Assembly (NCBI GenBank): GCA_032718475.1
Contig: JAUCBJ010000118.1
Coordinates: forward strand, 1-64,000
Source: Nemertoderma westbladi
Lineage: Eukaryota; Animalia; Xenacoelomorpha
Reading direction: 5' to 3'
Length of the DNA: 64,000 bases
In this document: one piece after another, positions 20,846-32,624 of the stretch
Layout of the letters: each line of letters opens with the position of its first letter
How positions within the stretch are numbered: the stretch's first letter is position 1
Program-made: the position numbers and the translations under genes
Notes under the pieces: generated by a model
The model's input: the letters and a program-made list of their open reading frames with translations, nothing else
Told to the model about the DNA's origin: nothing
Database searches by the model: none

Positions 20846-21916
20846 TCATGGGCTCATGTAAGAATAATAATCAGGTTTCCATGGAGAATTAGTAACTGGA
20901 TCTACTGGAACTAGCTGACCGACAACTTTCTGTTTCTTTGCAGGTGATGCGTTGGTTAATTTACTCGATGATCTTGGCTTCCGAGGTAATATTTCAGGAA
21001 AGACCTGTTGCGGTTGAGAGCAACTCTCTTCAACATCCGGATTAGGTGATGGGATCTCTACGAATGCTTTAGGTTTATCCAAAAGGACAAAACCGTCAAC
21101 ACGGGCTTCAGTAAGAGAAACGCCATCCATCGATTCTTTGAGAAAACTAATATGGGCTTTATCATTCAAGTAATGCAACTCGATAGAATTTCCACCGGCA
21201 CCTACTTCAGTAGAATTATCGGTGTTGGTGATAATAATTTTTTTATTATTGGTTTTAATCATTTTGAGCCGGTCTGATAATTGAATGATATTTTTATCAA
21301 AAAGATGCTTGTCTGTTTCATCGACTTGGTTGTCCCACTCTCGCAACAAAACGGTTAGTTCCTGTTTTGACAAATTGAAACCCGTATAATAGTTAAAACC
21401 AACACTATCAGCGTATCTGATGCTGATTTTCCATAAGCCAACATAGTTGGTTCCTTTAAAAGCTGTTACAAATCCAATAAACTCTGGATTTGATAATTCA
21501 ATGTAGAATTGATCGCTAATAATCTCTAGCGGTGGAGAGAGAAATTGCAATAATTTCCCTCTGTATTGAATTAGAACTTCAGTAAAAGCTTTGTTGAGAA
21601 CTTTACATTTGCCTTGTTTCTGAACGTAAACATCACCCGATGTGGAGTTGATGGAAATGTTCAAATTTCCCCGCGCAAAACGAAGAGTTGGATATATCCT
21701 ACCTGGTATAATTGCTGGTCTGGATTGATGTTGGTTGTTGTTGGTTGTTTCTAGAATGTCTAACAAATAGCGGGTATCTTGATGGGAAAAACAAATTGAT
21801 TCGTTGTCCTCCTGAGATTCCACAATAAAATACTTGCTGTGAACGGCGGTACAAGTATATTTATTGTAAGTAAATTTCCAGCTATTTGCTGCTCCGGTTT
21901 TTTGCGTTAAGGCCAT
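20846..21916 (-). CDS. 356-aa protein with a PC4/Sub1-like ssDNA-binding domain and C-terminal NLS
   Basis: aa ~136-200 GFVTAFKGTNYVGLWK...TGFNLSKQELTVL aligns by eye to PC4 YVSVRDFKGKVLIDIRE...KGISLNPEQWSQL; SPAKKQKV NLS-like motif in a disordered tail. Confidence 0.55.
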   Translation of the reverse strand: MALTQKTGAANSWKFTYNKYTCTAVHSKYFIVESQEDNESICFSHQDTRYLLDILETTNNNQHQSRPAIIPGRIYPTLRFARGNLNISINSTSGDVYVQKQGKCKVLNKAFTEVLIQYRGKLLQFLSPPLEIISDQFYIELSNPEFIGFVTAFKGTNYVGLWKISIRYADSVGFNYYTGFNLSKQELTVLLREWDNQVDETDKHLFDKNIIQLSDRLKMIKTNNKKIIITNTDNSTEVGAGGNSIELHYLNDKAHISFLKESMDGVSLTEARVDGFVLLDKPKAFVEIPSPNPDVEESCSQPQQVFPEILPRKPRSSSKLTNASPAKKQKVVGQLVPVDPVTNSPWKPDYYSYMSP

Positions 21917-21976
21917 AATAATAATAATAGTAAATACGAAAAATATTACAAGTGATAAATTTTAAACCGTATCGCT

Positions 21977-22273
21977 GTAATAAATTGACACCATAGTTCT
22001 CACTCTAAAATTGTGTTGGTCGGAAGACGACGCCTGATAAAAATGATGCTGAGTTCGACATTAGGTATCGACTCAAAAACAAAAATCGGGTGAGACATGT
22101 AGCTCAGATTTTCGTTTTTAGGTCGATACCCAATGCTGGAATCAGTATCATTTTATGTGGTGTCGTTTTCCAACCAATGAATATACAACGAGTAAGATAA
22201 TGTAGAAATTATTAAGGAAATAACACAATTTCAGAGTGAGAACAAAAAATGAGATATGGTATCAATATATTAC
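21977..22273. other. Long imperfect hairpin flanked by 22-bp direct repeats
   Basis: 22016-22087 pairs with 22107-22177; 21996-22017 with 22222-22243; 21977-21995 with 22255-22273; ATTACAAGTGAT(A/G)AATTTTAAA at 21945-21966 and 22281-22302. Confidence 0.85.
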
Positions 22274-22566
22274 CATGAAGATTACAAGTGATGAATTTTA
22301 AATAAAAACATTCAGTTATATAAGTTTCTGAATATGTGATGTGGCATAGTCAACGTAGAAGAGATGGGATGTGGCATAATGGACGAATAAGAAAAGAGAT
22401 GGGTTGCAATGTGGATAGGAAATACGTGAAAGAATATGAATCATAGGGTTGTGTGTAATAATAATCAATAATTATAATAAAAACGCACAGTATAATGTTA
22501 GTAGTAGTAGCCTTTCAATATGGCACAGATGCTGAGGGATCGGTTAGCTTGAGTAACTACTATGGA

Positions 22567-22724
22567 AATGCTCGTATACGTGTAGTTGACACGAGGCGGA
22601 ATTTCATGCACATGTATCGTACTGAGTGGTTGGTTTGTTGGTTTGGCGACGGCTGTCGTGGAGTTGGCAATCGATATAATATAATATATGCTCGATGCGA
22701 GTAGTTGGTGGCCACGTCGTCGTT
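22567..22724 (-). repeat. Polinton right TIR (portion matching the left TIR)
   Basis: Reverse complement of blocks in 4914-5095. Confidence 0.85.
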
Positions 22725-23981
22725 GTCGCCATCATATACAGTATACAGCGGTGGTGGTGGTGGTGGTGACATGGCGAAAAGGTGAATAACATTAGGGTTA
22801 GGGTTAGTTAGTCAGTCAGTAAGGCGGGCATCGCGAGGTTAGGCTTCGCTACGCTACGATTGGTTGATGGCAACTGCCGATCGATGGATGGTGACAGATG
22901 TGGCACGCACCGCAATTTAGCACCGGAATTTGGCATTTTTTAATAGCCCTCCGAATGGAATGTGCATAGCCCAGGCTTAGGGAGGACTATGTTGGGGGCC
23001 ATGCTTTATCTACTACTGTTATATTACACAACTCTTCGATATGTTTGACATAGATGAATAAACCTTCCCAATGAAATCAGTACAAGTGACCAAACTGTAT
23101 GGCCAATTTACCACATTTGAATAAAGTGCTACTTGCACTTTTGGTGCTCTTTTAGTATCTATTGAAAAAAAAATGAAAATGTTGCTTTTAATCTTGCTTT
23201 CGATTACTAATAATGAGTTCAACAAACCAAAAAATCATAGTATGGCTTCATGTTTATACCGAAGTCTTTGAAGGGTGATGTTTTTTGTGTAATTTTATCA
23301 ATTCCGAAAAGTGCTGATATGGTATGGGTGTCAGGAACTCCTCATATCTCGAAAACTACTGGAGGGTTCACTAAATTTAGGGGCTTTGCAGCAGCTTGGT
23401 GGGTCATTATTTATATAGCTTGGTGGATCTATAGTAGATCATGTAACTTATGAAGTTTCATTTTTTATTTGAAAATGTTCTTCGATAATTTTTTCATCTA
23501 CAGCCCAAATTTCGTAGCATTTCCTTGGATGATTACAAAAATGAAATTTGAAACAGGCGTAGGCAACATGCTTCTGTCATCTGTCATCTCCCTCCACCGC
23601 CGTGGTGGGTGAGTCAGAATTTTGTATATTATTCTTTAGCTACTGTACAACCGTTTGAAAAAAGTCCGTCTTATTCTATAACCTTATAGTGATTTATTGG
23701 TATTGTTAGAAAGCCACGCGAGGATTCCAAATATGTAACACATTCTGAATTTCGATGAAAAATAGCTGAGATATGGGCACTCGAATGTTGCATGGTTTTG
23801 CAGTTAGCGAGGCTATACAGTATTTTATTATAATTAACTAATACAGTACACCATATTCTGGCAGGCCTACAGTATGTGCAATTGTGTAAATGTCCATTAA
23901 CAAGAGTTCGTGTTAATTAATATGGTATAGTTTAGTTAATTTATATTGCTTCGCAAAGTTTCAAGTCATCATAGGGCCGTC

Positions 23982-24617
23982 CTACTGTACAACTAGAACA
24001 AGAAGTGTCGCAACTAACAAGCATCTTGGTGCGATGATATTATTGGAACTGCCCTCAGTAACCAACCAGACAGTAGCACCAGTAGTAGTACCATCTGGTG
24101 TCGATGTGGTTTGTATTACATTTTCTTTCCATTCAGCTGGAGGTGAACTACAGATGCCCTCACAACATCGCAACTGGCAAGAGAAGTGTGTTACGGTCAG
24201 GTCGATTTTGATCCAGTTTAATATATTTAACATTCTCACTGTTTCGTCGTCTCGGTATTCCGATTTGGCCTCAGGAAGAACTACCTCGATCATGTAGATA
24301 CATCCATCTTCGTTTATTGGTACACACTGGCTGTCGCAGAAGTCATACTGATACTCGAACGTTATTTCTCCTTGGTAACCTTCTCGTCGCCCAGACAACA
24401 GCATGGATGTCGCACCGCAAGCAGAACATTCATGATCTGTCATATTACGACGAAGGTACGGGTTAGATTCTAGAAAGTCCGCGATCTTATCTTTATAGAA
24501 CTTTAGTAAGTTGTCGTTGTCTGAGGTGATTCTTGAAGGGTATTGGTATCGGCAGGTATAGTTCGAAGTGACTATTGATACTTGGAATGTAATTAATGCA
24601 GCTGAAATAATTTTCAT
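23982..24617 (-). CDS. Intronless, predicted GPI-anchored Cys-rich surface protein (Ly6/uPAR three-finger-like)
   Basis: Signal peptide MKIISAALITFQVSIVTS, 10 Cys ending in RCCEGICS, Thr-rich stalk, small-residue omega region (GSS) and hydrophobic C-terminus LLVATLLVLVVQ. Confidence 0.65.
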   Translation of the reverse strand: MKIISAALITFQVSIVTSNYTCRYQYPSRITSDNDNLLKFYKDKIADFLESNPYLRRNMTDHECSACGATSMLLSGRREGYQGEITFEYQYDFCDSQCVPINEDGCIYMIEVVLPEAKSEYRDDETVRMLNILNWIKIDLTVTHFSCQLRCCEGICSSPPAEWKENVIQTTSTPDGTTTGATVWLVTEGSSNNIIAPRCLLVATLLVLVVQ

Positions 24618-25613
24618 TTTAAATATTAGATTTTGACTTCCAATTGCTATACAGCAAATCAACCCAGTTTATCGAACTCTGTTATACAGTAGTTAACCAC
24701 TCTATTGAGTGGGGGTGGGTGGGATTCTCTTTTTCTATTGAGTCTTCTTACTTAGGATATAAATTAAATTTGTCGCGAAATTTAAAAAATGATGTAGTTT
24801 AAGTTAAAACAACAATGAATATAATTCAATGTAATGTTGAAATGTTGTGTTAATCTACACTACAGGACATGACGTTTTTAATATATTTCTTATGTTTTAT
24901 GTATATATGCAAGGTCATCATCCCACTGTAACCTGAACCTACATACAGTATGTTGTGTAAATGAGTTGGTATCCCCCATGGAGAAACAATTGATGGGTAT
25001 CCAATTGAGCCTAGCTCAACCCTCATGTATCTGTTACCCCAGTAGTAAGATAGGCGTGAGTACAACAATAATATTGGCTTGTTTTCTTTCTACATCGTAA
25101 TTCTAATTAAACTCCACTGCTACGGAAATAAACAAAGCAAATTACATTCTCGGCACAAATGAGATTAAGAAATGTGTGCCCCAGCATTGACTATACTGTA
25201 TTAGTTATCTTTGAGCCGTGTAATTTCAGGTTGAAGATTTGTTTTGGTCTGCGCAATATACTACACACACACCCTGCGCAATATTCTGGTATAATTATCA
25301 TTCAGAGATCTAGTGTCCTTAGTTGAAGACGCACAGCAAGAACTGCCTGCCGTAGAGCAGAACGGGCTCCCTTTAATTACCTTTTATTAAGGATTGTGGC
25401 ATGATAATGGTTTTAATAAGTATTAATAAAAGTTAGAGGAAAACACGGCCTTTTATCATTCGTTTTCTTTAGCGAATTCAGATATTTTGCCCTCATGTAT
25501 TGAGTTTTCCACTCATTGGCATTCTAGCACTCGCTTCGCTCGGGCTAAAAACTTGCCAACTCGTGTAAAACTCAACCACTCGGACAGAATTAGTTGAATT
25601 TCGTAAAACTGAA

Positions 25614-25952
25614 CTACTACAGTACTACTAGGATCGGTATGCTGCATTGCAGCTGCATTTTTCAGAATGGTGTGCCGGCTTGCGACAAAATTACGCCGCC
25701 ACAACTCCCTATCACCCAAGATATTTGCTAGATCATCCGCATCTTCAAGGCCAGTTTCCTTTAAGATGCGTCTCAAGAAAGGCATGGGCTGTCCAGTGTC
25801 CACCATGCTTATTCACTCCATGAGGCTGCCAAAGCACAAGATTAAGCACTGGATGGTCCTCACGGCGAAAGCAATGTCCTGCAAAGTGGATGCGACTTTG
25901 TTCTAGTGTCAAGCTTGGGGGAACCAATGAGACACCTCCAATGTTATATAGT
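25614..25952 (-). mobile_element. RTE-clade non-LTR retrotransposon, short 3' fragment
   Basis: HFAGHCFRREDHPVLNLVLWQP and DRELWR; (TAG)n tail; near-identical to copies at 28 kb, 33 kb and 55 kb. Confidence 0.88.
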
Positions 25953-26614
25953 GAAAATTAGTGAAAAAGGAGGTGCTTACCGCTTATTCTTTTTTTTTTT
26001 ATCGAAAGGCAGTGTGAGTTTAAAGCTTTAGGGCATACCCTCTTGCTCTTCTCATAGACGATATACCTCGACTAGCACTGGTCTATGGGACATCTTTTGT
26101 GAGTAAATTAATATATAATATTGATAAGAAATATAGTAAATTATAACAGATACTATTAGTAAAACCGCCCATCAATGCCATGAGAGGTACAGGAGCAAAC
26201 AGTAGTAAATAATGATATACCAACAGAATATCCAACTGAGGAACTCACACACTACCCCAATCACGCCCGCCATTTTTATTAACCATTTCATTTTGAAATT
26301 CAATACAGTGTAGTTAGAACACGAGGAAAACAACAACAACAACAATACATTTAGTAGGAATGGGGGGGGGGGGATAATCTTATTAAATTCTTAGCATAGA
26401 GTAACGAATTTACAGTAGTACGGATTAGACTAAAACACTTGAGGCGAATTCGAATTGACAAATTGTTTATAATAATAATAATAATAATATTTATGTAGCA
26501 CTATGACCGGGTTATGAAATGATGAACAATTCAATGGAATGTACTTTGCTTATTTCCTATGCTGGCAGAAGAAGAGGGGCGCGCGGCCTAAACCCTATTT
26601 AAAAATGTCATGGA

Positions 26615-27777
26615 AACTTAATTTAGAATCGCCAATAATTGAATGCCACCCCAAATTAGATGATTTAACACCAAAATAAATTATTTTACACCAAATATAT
26701 TTTTTTTGTAGCACCAATTCACATCCCCCAATATTGAATATCCTTCTCACCAAAAACAATTATTCATCCCCCAAAAACAATTATTCATCCCCCAAAAACA
26801 ATTATTTGTCCCCCAAAAACAATTATTGATTCCCCAAAAACATTTATTCATCCCCCAAAAACAATTATTCATCCCCCAAAAATAATTACTCGTCAACCAA
26901 AAAAAATTATTCTAGCACCAAATATTTATATTAACTACGCTTTGGTCACTTGCTATACTTCAGTTACAGTATTCGTACCGATAGGCCTATTGCCTTCATA
27001 ACAACGTATTCTGTTATTAGGTTTCGTACCGATGTACCTACAGTATTAGTCCTACTTCAGTTTCAGTATTCGTACCTATAGGCCTATTGCCTATCTATTA
27101 TTGCCTATGGCATATTACTTATTCTGTTATTAGGTTTCAGTATTACGGCAGTAAGTCTTTGTCTAACTTCCAGGAAGTGCTAGGCCTATTGCTGCAGTAT
27201 TATAGTATTTATTTTGGGGGATTATGTATTTATTTTGGGCAAAAATGTATTTGTTTTGGGGGAAAATGTATTCATTTTGGGCTAAAATGTATTTGTTTTG
27301 GGGGAAAATGTATTTATTATGGGCTAAAATGTATTTGTTTTGGGGGAAAATGTATTTATTTTGGGCTAAAATGTATTTGTTTTGGGGGAAAATGTATTTG
27401 TTTTGGGGGGAAATGTATTTATTTTGGGCTAAAATGTATTTGTTTTGGGGGAAAATGTATTTGTTTTGGGAAAATTTGTAATTATTTTGGGGGTTTTGTC
27501 ATTTATTTTGGTGCAAATAATTGGTTTTGAGGAGCATTTTATTTATTTTGGTAATAAATAATTGGTTTTGGTATTGAATAATTTTTTTTGATTTTGAAAA
27601 TTTATTTTGGTGTTTGAATAATTTTATTCTGTTATTTGGGGTGACATTATTTTAATAGGTGTTGAATAATTTTTTTTGTGGTCACATTATTTAATTTGTG
27701 ATAAAATAATTTTTTTTGGTGAAATTTTCATCAATTTTGGGATGACTTTAATTGGTAGCCATTTAGAATTAAGTGGG
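26615..27777. mobile_element. Foldback/MITE with 21-bp subterminal tandem repeats in opposite orientation
   Basis: CCCCCAAAAACAATTATTCAT arrays on the left, AAATGTATTTGTTTTGGGGGA arrays on the right, loose inverted ends. Confidence 0.7.
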
Positions 27778-27985
27778 ACCTAGGTAATTACCCCAACTGT
27801 AGGCCTACACCAGTTTGAGGAATATTCTTTGAAGGTTAACATCAATAATTCGTTTGGGGAAGTATTTAAGTAGTAAGTACCGGTAGTGTAGGCACAAGAG
27901 TCGAGTGGTGGCACCAATTGAGGCTCTTAATTCAAAGTATTTTTTAGAAAAGCGAAACGTCAGAAAAAATGTTGGTTAGGCCTAC

Positions 27986-29474
27986 TAATAGGATCGGTAT
28001 GCTGCATTGCAGCTGCATTTTTAAGAATGCTGTGCCGGCTTATCGACAAAGTTTCACCGCCACAACTCCCTATCACCCATGACATTTGCTAGATCATCCG
28101 CATCTTCAAGGCCAGTGTCCTTTAAGATGCGTCTCAAGAAAGTCATGGGCTGTCCACCATGCTTATTCACTCCATGAGGCTGCCAAAGTAGAAAATTATG
28201 CACTGGCTGGTCTTCACGGCGAAAGCAATGTCCTGCAAAGCGGAGGCGATTTTGTTCTAGTGTCAAGCTTGGTGGAACCAATGAGACACCTCCAATGTTA
28301 TATAGTGTCTGGTTGGAGATGTGTGCATAGTACTTGACACAATGAACCCGGCGTAGCATTCTTGTGAATGTGCCATCCAGAGATTTGGTGTCCTCAGCAG
28401 TTAGAGCCCAGCATGGACTCCCATAGAGGATTACTGGAACTACTGCTGCTCTAAATAATCGGACCTTAAGTTTCCGATTAATTCTCGGTGACTTCCAAAT
28501 CCTGGAAAGCCTATTCAAGGCTGCCCATGCCTTTCCCTTACGTATTCCAAGGTCCTCAACTGACTTCCGGATCCATGATTCCAGGTAACAGAAGTCATCC
28601 ACATGCTCAAGCATACCATCGTTTGAGCTTATGCTCATCCAATCAGAGACTTGCTGAGGACTTTCGAAGTTAACTGTCAAAATTTTGGTCTTTCTTGAGT
28701 TAATAAAAAGACCAACATTAGAAACAGCATGTTCAAATTAGCTGAGGAGCCGTTGGACTCCCTCTAGTGATTCTGAGAGTACTCCTACGTCATCAGCAAA
28801 GTCTAGATCAGTTAGGTACTTGGCAGGATTTCCTCGACTTCTGGAGCCAGTAGGTGGAGTTATCATCACCCCCATCATCATTATGATGATCTAAGGAGAT
28901 GCGTAAAACATACTCAACAACAATTATGAACAAGAATGGTGCATGTGTGTCTCCCTGGAGGACGCCCCATAACACTTCAAATGGTTCTGTCAACAGTTCA
29001 CAGTCAACAGTTCACCGTCAACAGTAGACACAAATGTTGTCGAACCATCGTATACTAATCTGATTGCTGCAATAATTTCATCAGGATTCCCATATATTGA
29101 AAGTATGCTGAACATACGTGAGCGAGAGACTGAACCAAAGGCCTTGAAGAAGTCAACAAAGATAACAGTCAGATGCCTGTCTTTCTTTTTTGTTAACTCT
29201 TCAATTATCCTTCTAAGTGCCAAAATGGGCTCAATGGTCCCACGACCTTTACGGAACCCATTCTGATTTCCACGGAGCAGTCTCTCAATGTGATCCCTGA
29301 TGCGATTTAATAGAATTCTATTGTATAGCTTTGCAGCAATCGAGATCAATGAGATTCCCCGAAAAAAACCATAGAGTGTTAGGTTGCCCTTCTTGGGAAC
29401 TGGCACCAACTTATTTGTTTTCATTTCTTGTTGGACTCTTGTTGTTCGGTACATGTCTACTATGTTGGGAATCC
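27986..29474 (-). mobile_element. RTE-clade retrotransposon, 5'-truncated, disrupted RT
   Basis: VPVPKKGNL, NQNGFRKGRGT, GVLQGDT, DLDFADD region, FAGHC tail; 20-bp TSD AAAATGTTGGTTAGGCCTAC at 27966-27985 and 29475-29494. Confidence 0.93.
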
Positions 29475-30419
29475 AAAATGTTGGTTAGGCCTACCGGTAC
29501 ACCATAATAATAAATCAATCAATCCAATCCAAAAATCATCAAATCATCAAACAATCCAATGATCAAGCTGTCAGACAATTACTGAACGGCGAGCCGTGAC
29601 ATTGGCGGGTGAGACCTGTTTTCTGGGCTACTTTAACATAATACCAAATAGTCGACGATCATTTTCATATATCCAAAAGTACCAATGATGATACTTATGA
29701 AAAGGGGTTGCCTGGTGCACAAAAAATAAACAATTATCATTTTGATTGGAAAAATACAAAATGTAATCCAGAGAATCGCCAGTTGCATTAAATTTAATAA
29801 TTTTTTCAGTTTCCATATTCAGATATATTAGTATAAGTTGAGTAAAAAAGTTGCTGCGATCCACATTCAGAAAGTCTCTCTAAAGGCAAGGCATACATGC
29901 CAAATCTCCCTACGTGCCAAATTTCCCTGGTCTCCTCTACATTTATTAATCTCGCAAGTAGCTTGGCAATAATGTATTAACTCAGTAATCATCAAGGCGT
30001 CTTAAACTAGTTTTAAGGCGCCTTGCTAATCGTACTATAGTACAGTAGTACGTAGCTATTCAATATCATACATAAACAAAATGTTCCAGAGTAATGTTTC
30101 GTCCGCTACTAACACTACTAACAAACCTCACCGAACTTTTTGAATATCCTGACCAGGAAGCGGTCGCTGCATATATTCTATTCACGCGGTATTTCGCGAG
30201 GTGTCGATGTTGTAATTAGCCAATAACTACATTAAACCATTGTCAAATTTTTGTATTTGTTAGATTCAGAAGATAATTAGTCAGTTTAACTGTAAGTAAT
30301 TATCTTTGTATATGAAATATTTTTTACAGTGATGAATTTAACATAGTTAATTGCGAATATTTGGTAGATATGATATATTTCATAGTGATTATTAATTTAA
30401 CAGAGTTAAATTTTAGCTT

Positions 30420-32090
30420 AACCAGATCAAAAGGGACTCACATAAAGCCATAGTACACGGCGGACCAATGCTACCCTCAGCGAAATAAGGAGAACTTATT
30501 GGGTACCCCAATTGAGGAAGTTGGATGGTGAAGTCAGTTGTGGCGAACTGCGGGCGTTGATAGATGCAGAGAGTCCTTCGATTTTAGAATCCCAGTTGCC
30601 GAAGGGAGTGCAACTACGTGATGGCTCCCAAAGTAGAGAAGAGTATGGTGAAGGTCATGTTTAAAAAAGTTGATTTTGAGTGAAAGCGACAACTGAGTTT
30701 ATTTTTAATAATTCGATGAATAATAAGGAAATAGAAGAGGAAGCAATTAAATCACTAAACTTTGAAGCAGGGGTTTGCACAAGGAAAGGGTTGTCGACTT
30801 GGAAGTGAGGAAAAAGTGGCGAGCAGCTCCTTAAATACCTTAAATACCGTCCGGATTGGGTAGCCAAGGAAACTGCTGAGTGGCGAGTTTGTTACGTTTC
30901 GATCCTAAGAAGGCCTGCCAACCTTCCCGCTAGAGGGAGGTTGGACAGAGTGCTGTAAAGACAGCAGATTAGGTTTCGATCCCAAAAAAAGGGTACAGAA
31001 AGTTAGAAAGTTCGGTCGACAACCTGGCGATTATTTACACAGTGGTGGGGCAGTGTCAGACTTGTCGACGATTAAGAAAAACAAGGGCCGTGCAAGTGAT
31101 GGTACCATTGCCGGAAATGAAGGTGGCGCATCACATACTACCATTCACATATAGCGGTGTCGACATGTTCAGTCCAATAATGTGACACACAGATAAGTGC
31201 TACGGGATAATCTTTTTGTGTAACAACTCAAGGGTGGTAGCGATAGAACTGGCATCGGCCAACGCAACGGCGCGGCATTGGCATTTATGATTGCCTTAGA
31301 ACGATTCGTAACCTGGAGAGGCAGGATGGTCAAGGTCCTCTATTCTGATAATGGGACCAACTTCATCAGAGCCGAAAATGAGTTGGCGGAGGCCTTTGAC
31401 ATCCTGGAAGGAAAGGAATTAAAGGGAGCAATATTGAAGCACCTGATAATGTGGCAAAGAGGATGCCATACGCAACACACACGCTGGGATGCGTAGAGTG
31501 ATTGGTCGGCAACACCAAGACGCTCAAATGACGACGCTCTTTAATAACCACATGGTGATGGACGATGTACTCAGAACAATGCTGATGAAGTGCAAGGGGG
31601 TAATCAACAGCAGACCGCTGTGTCCCTTAATGATGATCCGAGTCCTTGGAGGCTCTGACATCGATGCACCTTCTAAGGGAGAGGCCAGCAGAGATAGACA
31701 TGCGGTACATCGACAAGGACGATATATACATGAAACATAGTTGGAAGGTTGCTATGCGATTGGAGCAGAGTATTGGGAGAGGTAGCTCCAAGAGTACTTA
31801 CCAACGCTGCACAAGAGGAATAAGTGCAGAGACAACCACAGAGAGTTGAGGAAGGACGACTTGATTATAGTGACAGATGACACGGTCATCGATAAATTAA
31901 TGGAGGTTAGCCAGGGTCGTAGAATGGTATCCTGGAGAGGACGGAAAAATAAGACCCATAGAGTTCACGATTGGTTTGAAGATTAGGGCGAAAAACAGGA
32001 AGACATGAGGGCAGTGGGAAAGTGATGCCTTATGGAGGAATCGCCCTAAAGTGTTGAATCGTCAAATACATTGGATTGAGGGGGGTGGGA
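30420..32090 (+). mobile_element. Degraded BEL/Pao LTR retrotransposon (RNase H-integrase remnant)
   Basis: ALERFVTWRG..LYSDNGTNFIRA, GVINSRPL, YPGEDGKIR motifs in broken frames; purine tract near 32078. Boundaries approximate. Confidence 0.75.
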
Positions 32091-32610
32091 TTAAGGGCGA
32101 TACACCCTTCTACCCACAAATAAAAATAAATAAAAAACAAATAAAATAAAATAAATAACTAAGTACGTATGAAGAAAATATATGTACTGCTGCTGGATCA
32201 ATAGGATCACATTTAGGATTAGTAGAGTATATATGTACTATCCCATAGATAGAGTGTACTATGTGGGGCTGGATCAATCGGATCAGATTTTATATACAGG
32301 ATTAGAAGAGTACATAGCCTGTAGGTGGAATGTACTGGATGAATAGGATCAAGATTTAAATACTAGTACATACATACTATTGTGGGCATTGAGGGAACCA
32401 CGTGAGGAATTAGAGGGGATATGTAACATAGTGGGCTAGATGGTGTAGGCCCACAAGCTAGACTGCTATAGTACATACCCATGGAATACTAAATATACAC
32501 GGAACCAGATAGATGTCCGATTTCACGAGTCATTCTTTTTATTGCTTTAATCTATTGTACTCGATGCATGAATAAAAATTTTGAAAAAAAAATAGGTGGT
32601 CATCGATCTC

Positions 32611-32624
32611 GTTGTCATGGCAAC
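32611..32624. promoter_or_regulatory. RFX X-box-like motif in left TIR
   Basis: GTTGTCATGGCAAC. Confidence 0.5.

Larger units (their letters stand above)
4914..22724. mobile_element. Polinton/Maverick (adintovirus-like) endogenous viral element; true right end may extend further
   Basis: Hallmark set present: pPolB, RVE integrase, A32/FtsK-like ATPase, adenain protease, major and minor capsid proteins, in two convergent blocks between inverted repeats. Confidence 0.96.

Noticed and set aside
27087-27530. Repetitive GGKCICF / MYLFWGK ORFs
   Set aside because: Translations of a 21-bp tandem repeat in a foldback element.
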